DNA from: Selaginella moellendorffii
Taxonomy: Eukaryota > Plantae > Lycopodiophyta
Length of the DNA stretch: 64,000 bases
Assembly: GCF_000143415.4 (NCBI RefSeq)
Contig: NW_003314297.1
Coordinates: 1,518,890 to 1,582,889, forward strand
Direction: 5' to 3'
Part shown: one piece after another, positions 63,315-64,000 of the stretch
How positions within the stretch are numbered: position 1 is the first letter of the stretch
Layout: every line of letters begins with the position of its first letter
Notes under the pieces: model-generated
Told to the model about the DNA's origin: nothing
The model's input: the letters and a program-made list of their open reading frames with translations, nothing else
Databases searched by the model: none
Made by a program: the position numbers and the translations under genes

Positions 63315-64000
63315 TCATCTTATGTGCGTTCTACCAAGCGACCACATCCCACTATCCCGGACAGCATTCTAGAACAAAAAACCGGAAAAATTAGAGAAAA
63401 CCATAACCATTGGTAGCTTCACACCTGAGATTTTGGTGATGGAAACACGTTCCAAAATCGTAGCGTTTCATCTCCGGCACCTGTGACGATTGTCTGGAAG
63501 AGCAAGCAGATTGTCAGGAACTAAAAAAGAAGACTCTTCAAGGGAGAGAGCTTACTTGACCATCAGGAGACATGGAAAGGTATAAAACTCTGTATGTGTG
63601 CCCCGTGAGTGTTGTAAGCTAAAAGAGCAAGAACAGATGTCATCCCTCTTCGTCTGAGGCAAGTGACACTTACTTTTGTCATGGTCGGATATCTCCACAC
63701 AATAATCTGGTTCTGAGAGTAGCCATGGGTGCTCACGAGCTCGTTCACGTTCTTCGACCACATGAGATTGCAGACCTTGTTTCCTTCGGCTTAGTAGACG
63801 CTCAAGAATTTCAGCAACTGTACCTGTCCACCCGTGTCTACACAATTGATGTGCGAGTTCGTCGACGTGTTCCAGAATCTTATGCATCGGTCGGCTGTTC
63901 CACCACCAGAGGTTAAAAGCCCGTGTTGATGTGGTGACCACGCGATAGCCTTCACTGCGGCTGTGTGCTCGCTAAACTTGCAAACCGGCTGTGTTGACAA
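63315..64000 (-). CDS. CCS52: CCS52/FZR (Cdh1) APC/C activator, 3' part
   Basis: EHTAAVKAIAWSPHQHGLL.SGGGTADRCIRFWN, ELVSTHGYSQNQ, GAGDETLRFWNVFP, C-terminal IR motif. Confidence 0.96.

Overview
Eukaryotic nuclear DNA from a very compact, intron-rich land-plant genome. Introns of about 45-80 nt, intergenic gaps often under 150 bp and intronless PLS-PPR genes make a lycophyte such as Selaginella the best guess (inference, not a database match). It holds about 22 ordinary genes: ALDH3 3' end, neprosin, WVD2/TPX2-like, TTL, TOM7, CRAL-TRIO, plastid NFS2/SufS, HCAR, 2x PADRE/DUF4228, 2x NRAMP, AARE, ELIP, 2x PPR, RPT2, CCDC22, a His-rich NiCoT/UreH-like membrane protein, acyl-protein thioesterase, cytochrome b561, LEA, an RluA-family pseudouridine synthase and the CCS52 3' end. 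The ORF track misses two U1 snRNA genes with USE/TATA promoters. Two accessory islands stand out. The first is a decayed Crinkler/RHS-type NTPase-REase effector gene between the U1 copies. The second is a decayed, intronless microbial-type 2OG-Fe(II) oxygenase followed by a 4.6 kb CpG-depleted retroelement graveyard. That graveyard contains two TGTAA-bounded, 5S-rRNA-derived repeats resembling a Cassandra-type TRIM, the top lead. Other leads are a structured RNA candidate in an oversized NFS2 intron, a U1 variant mutated at the U1-70K site, a P1BS cluster at TOM7, a pseudouridine synthase lacking the catalytic Asp, and a metal-handling gene neighbourhood. CDS coordinates for spliced genes span start to stop including introns and were derived by eye.
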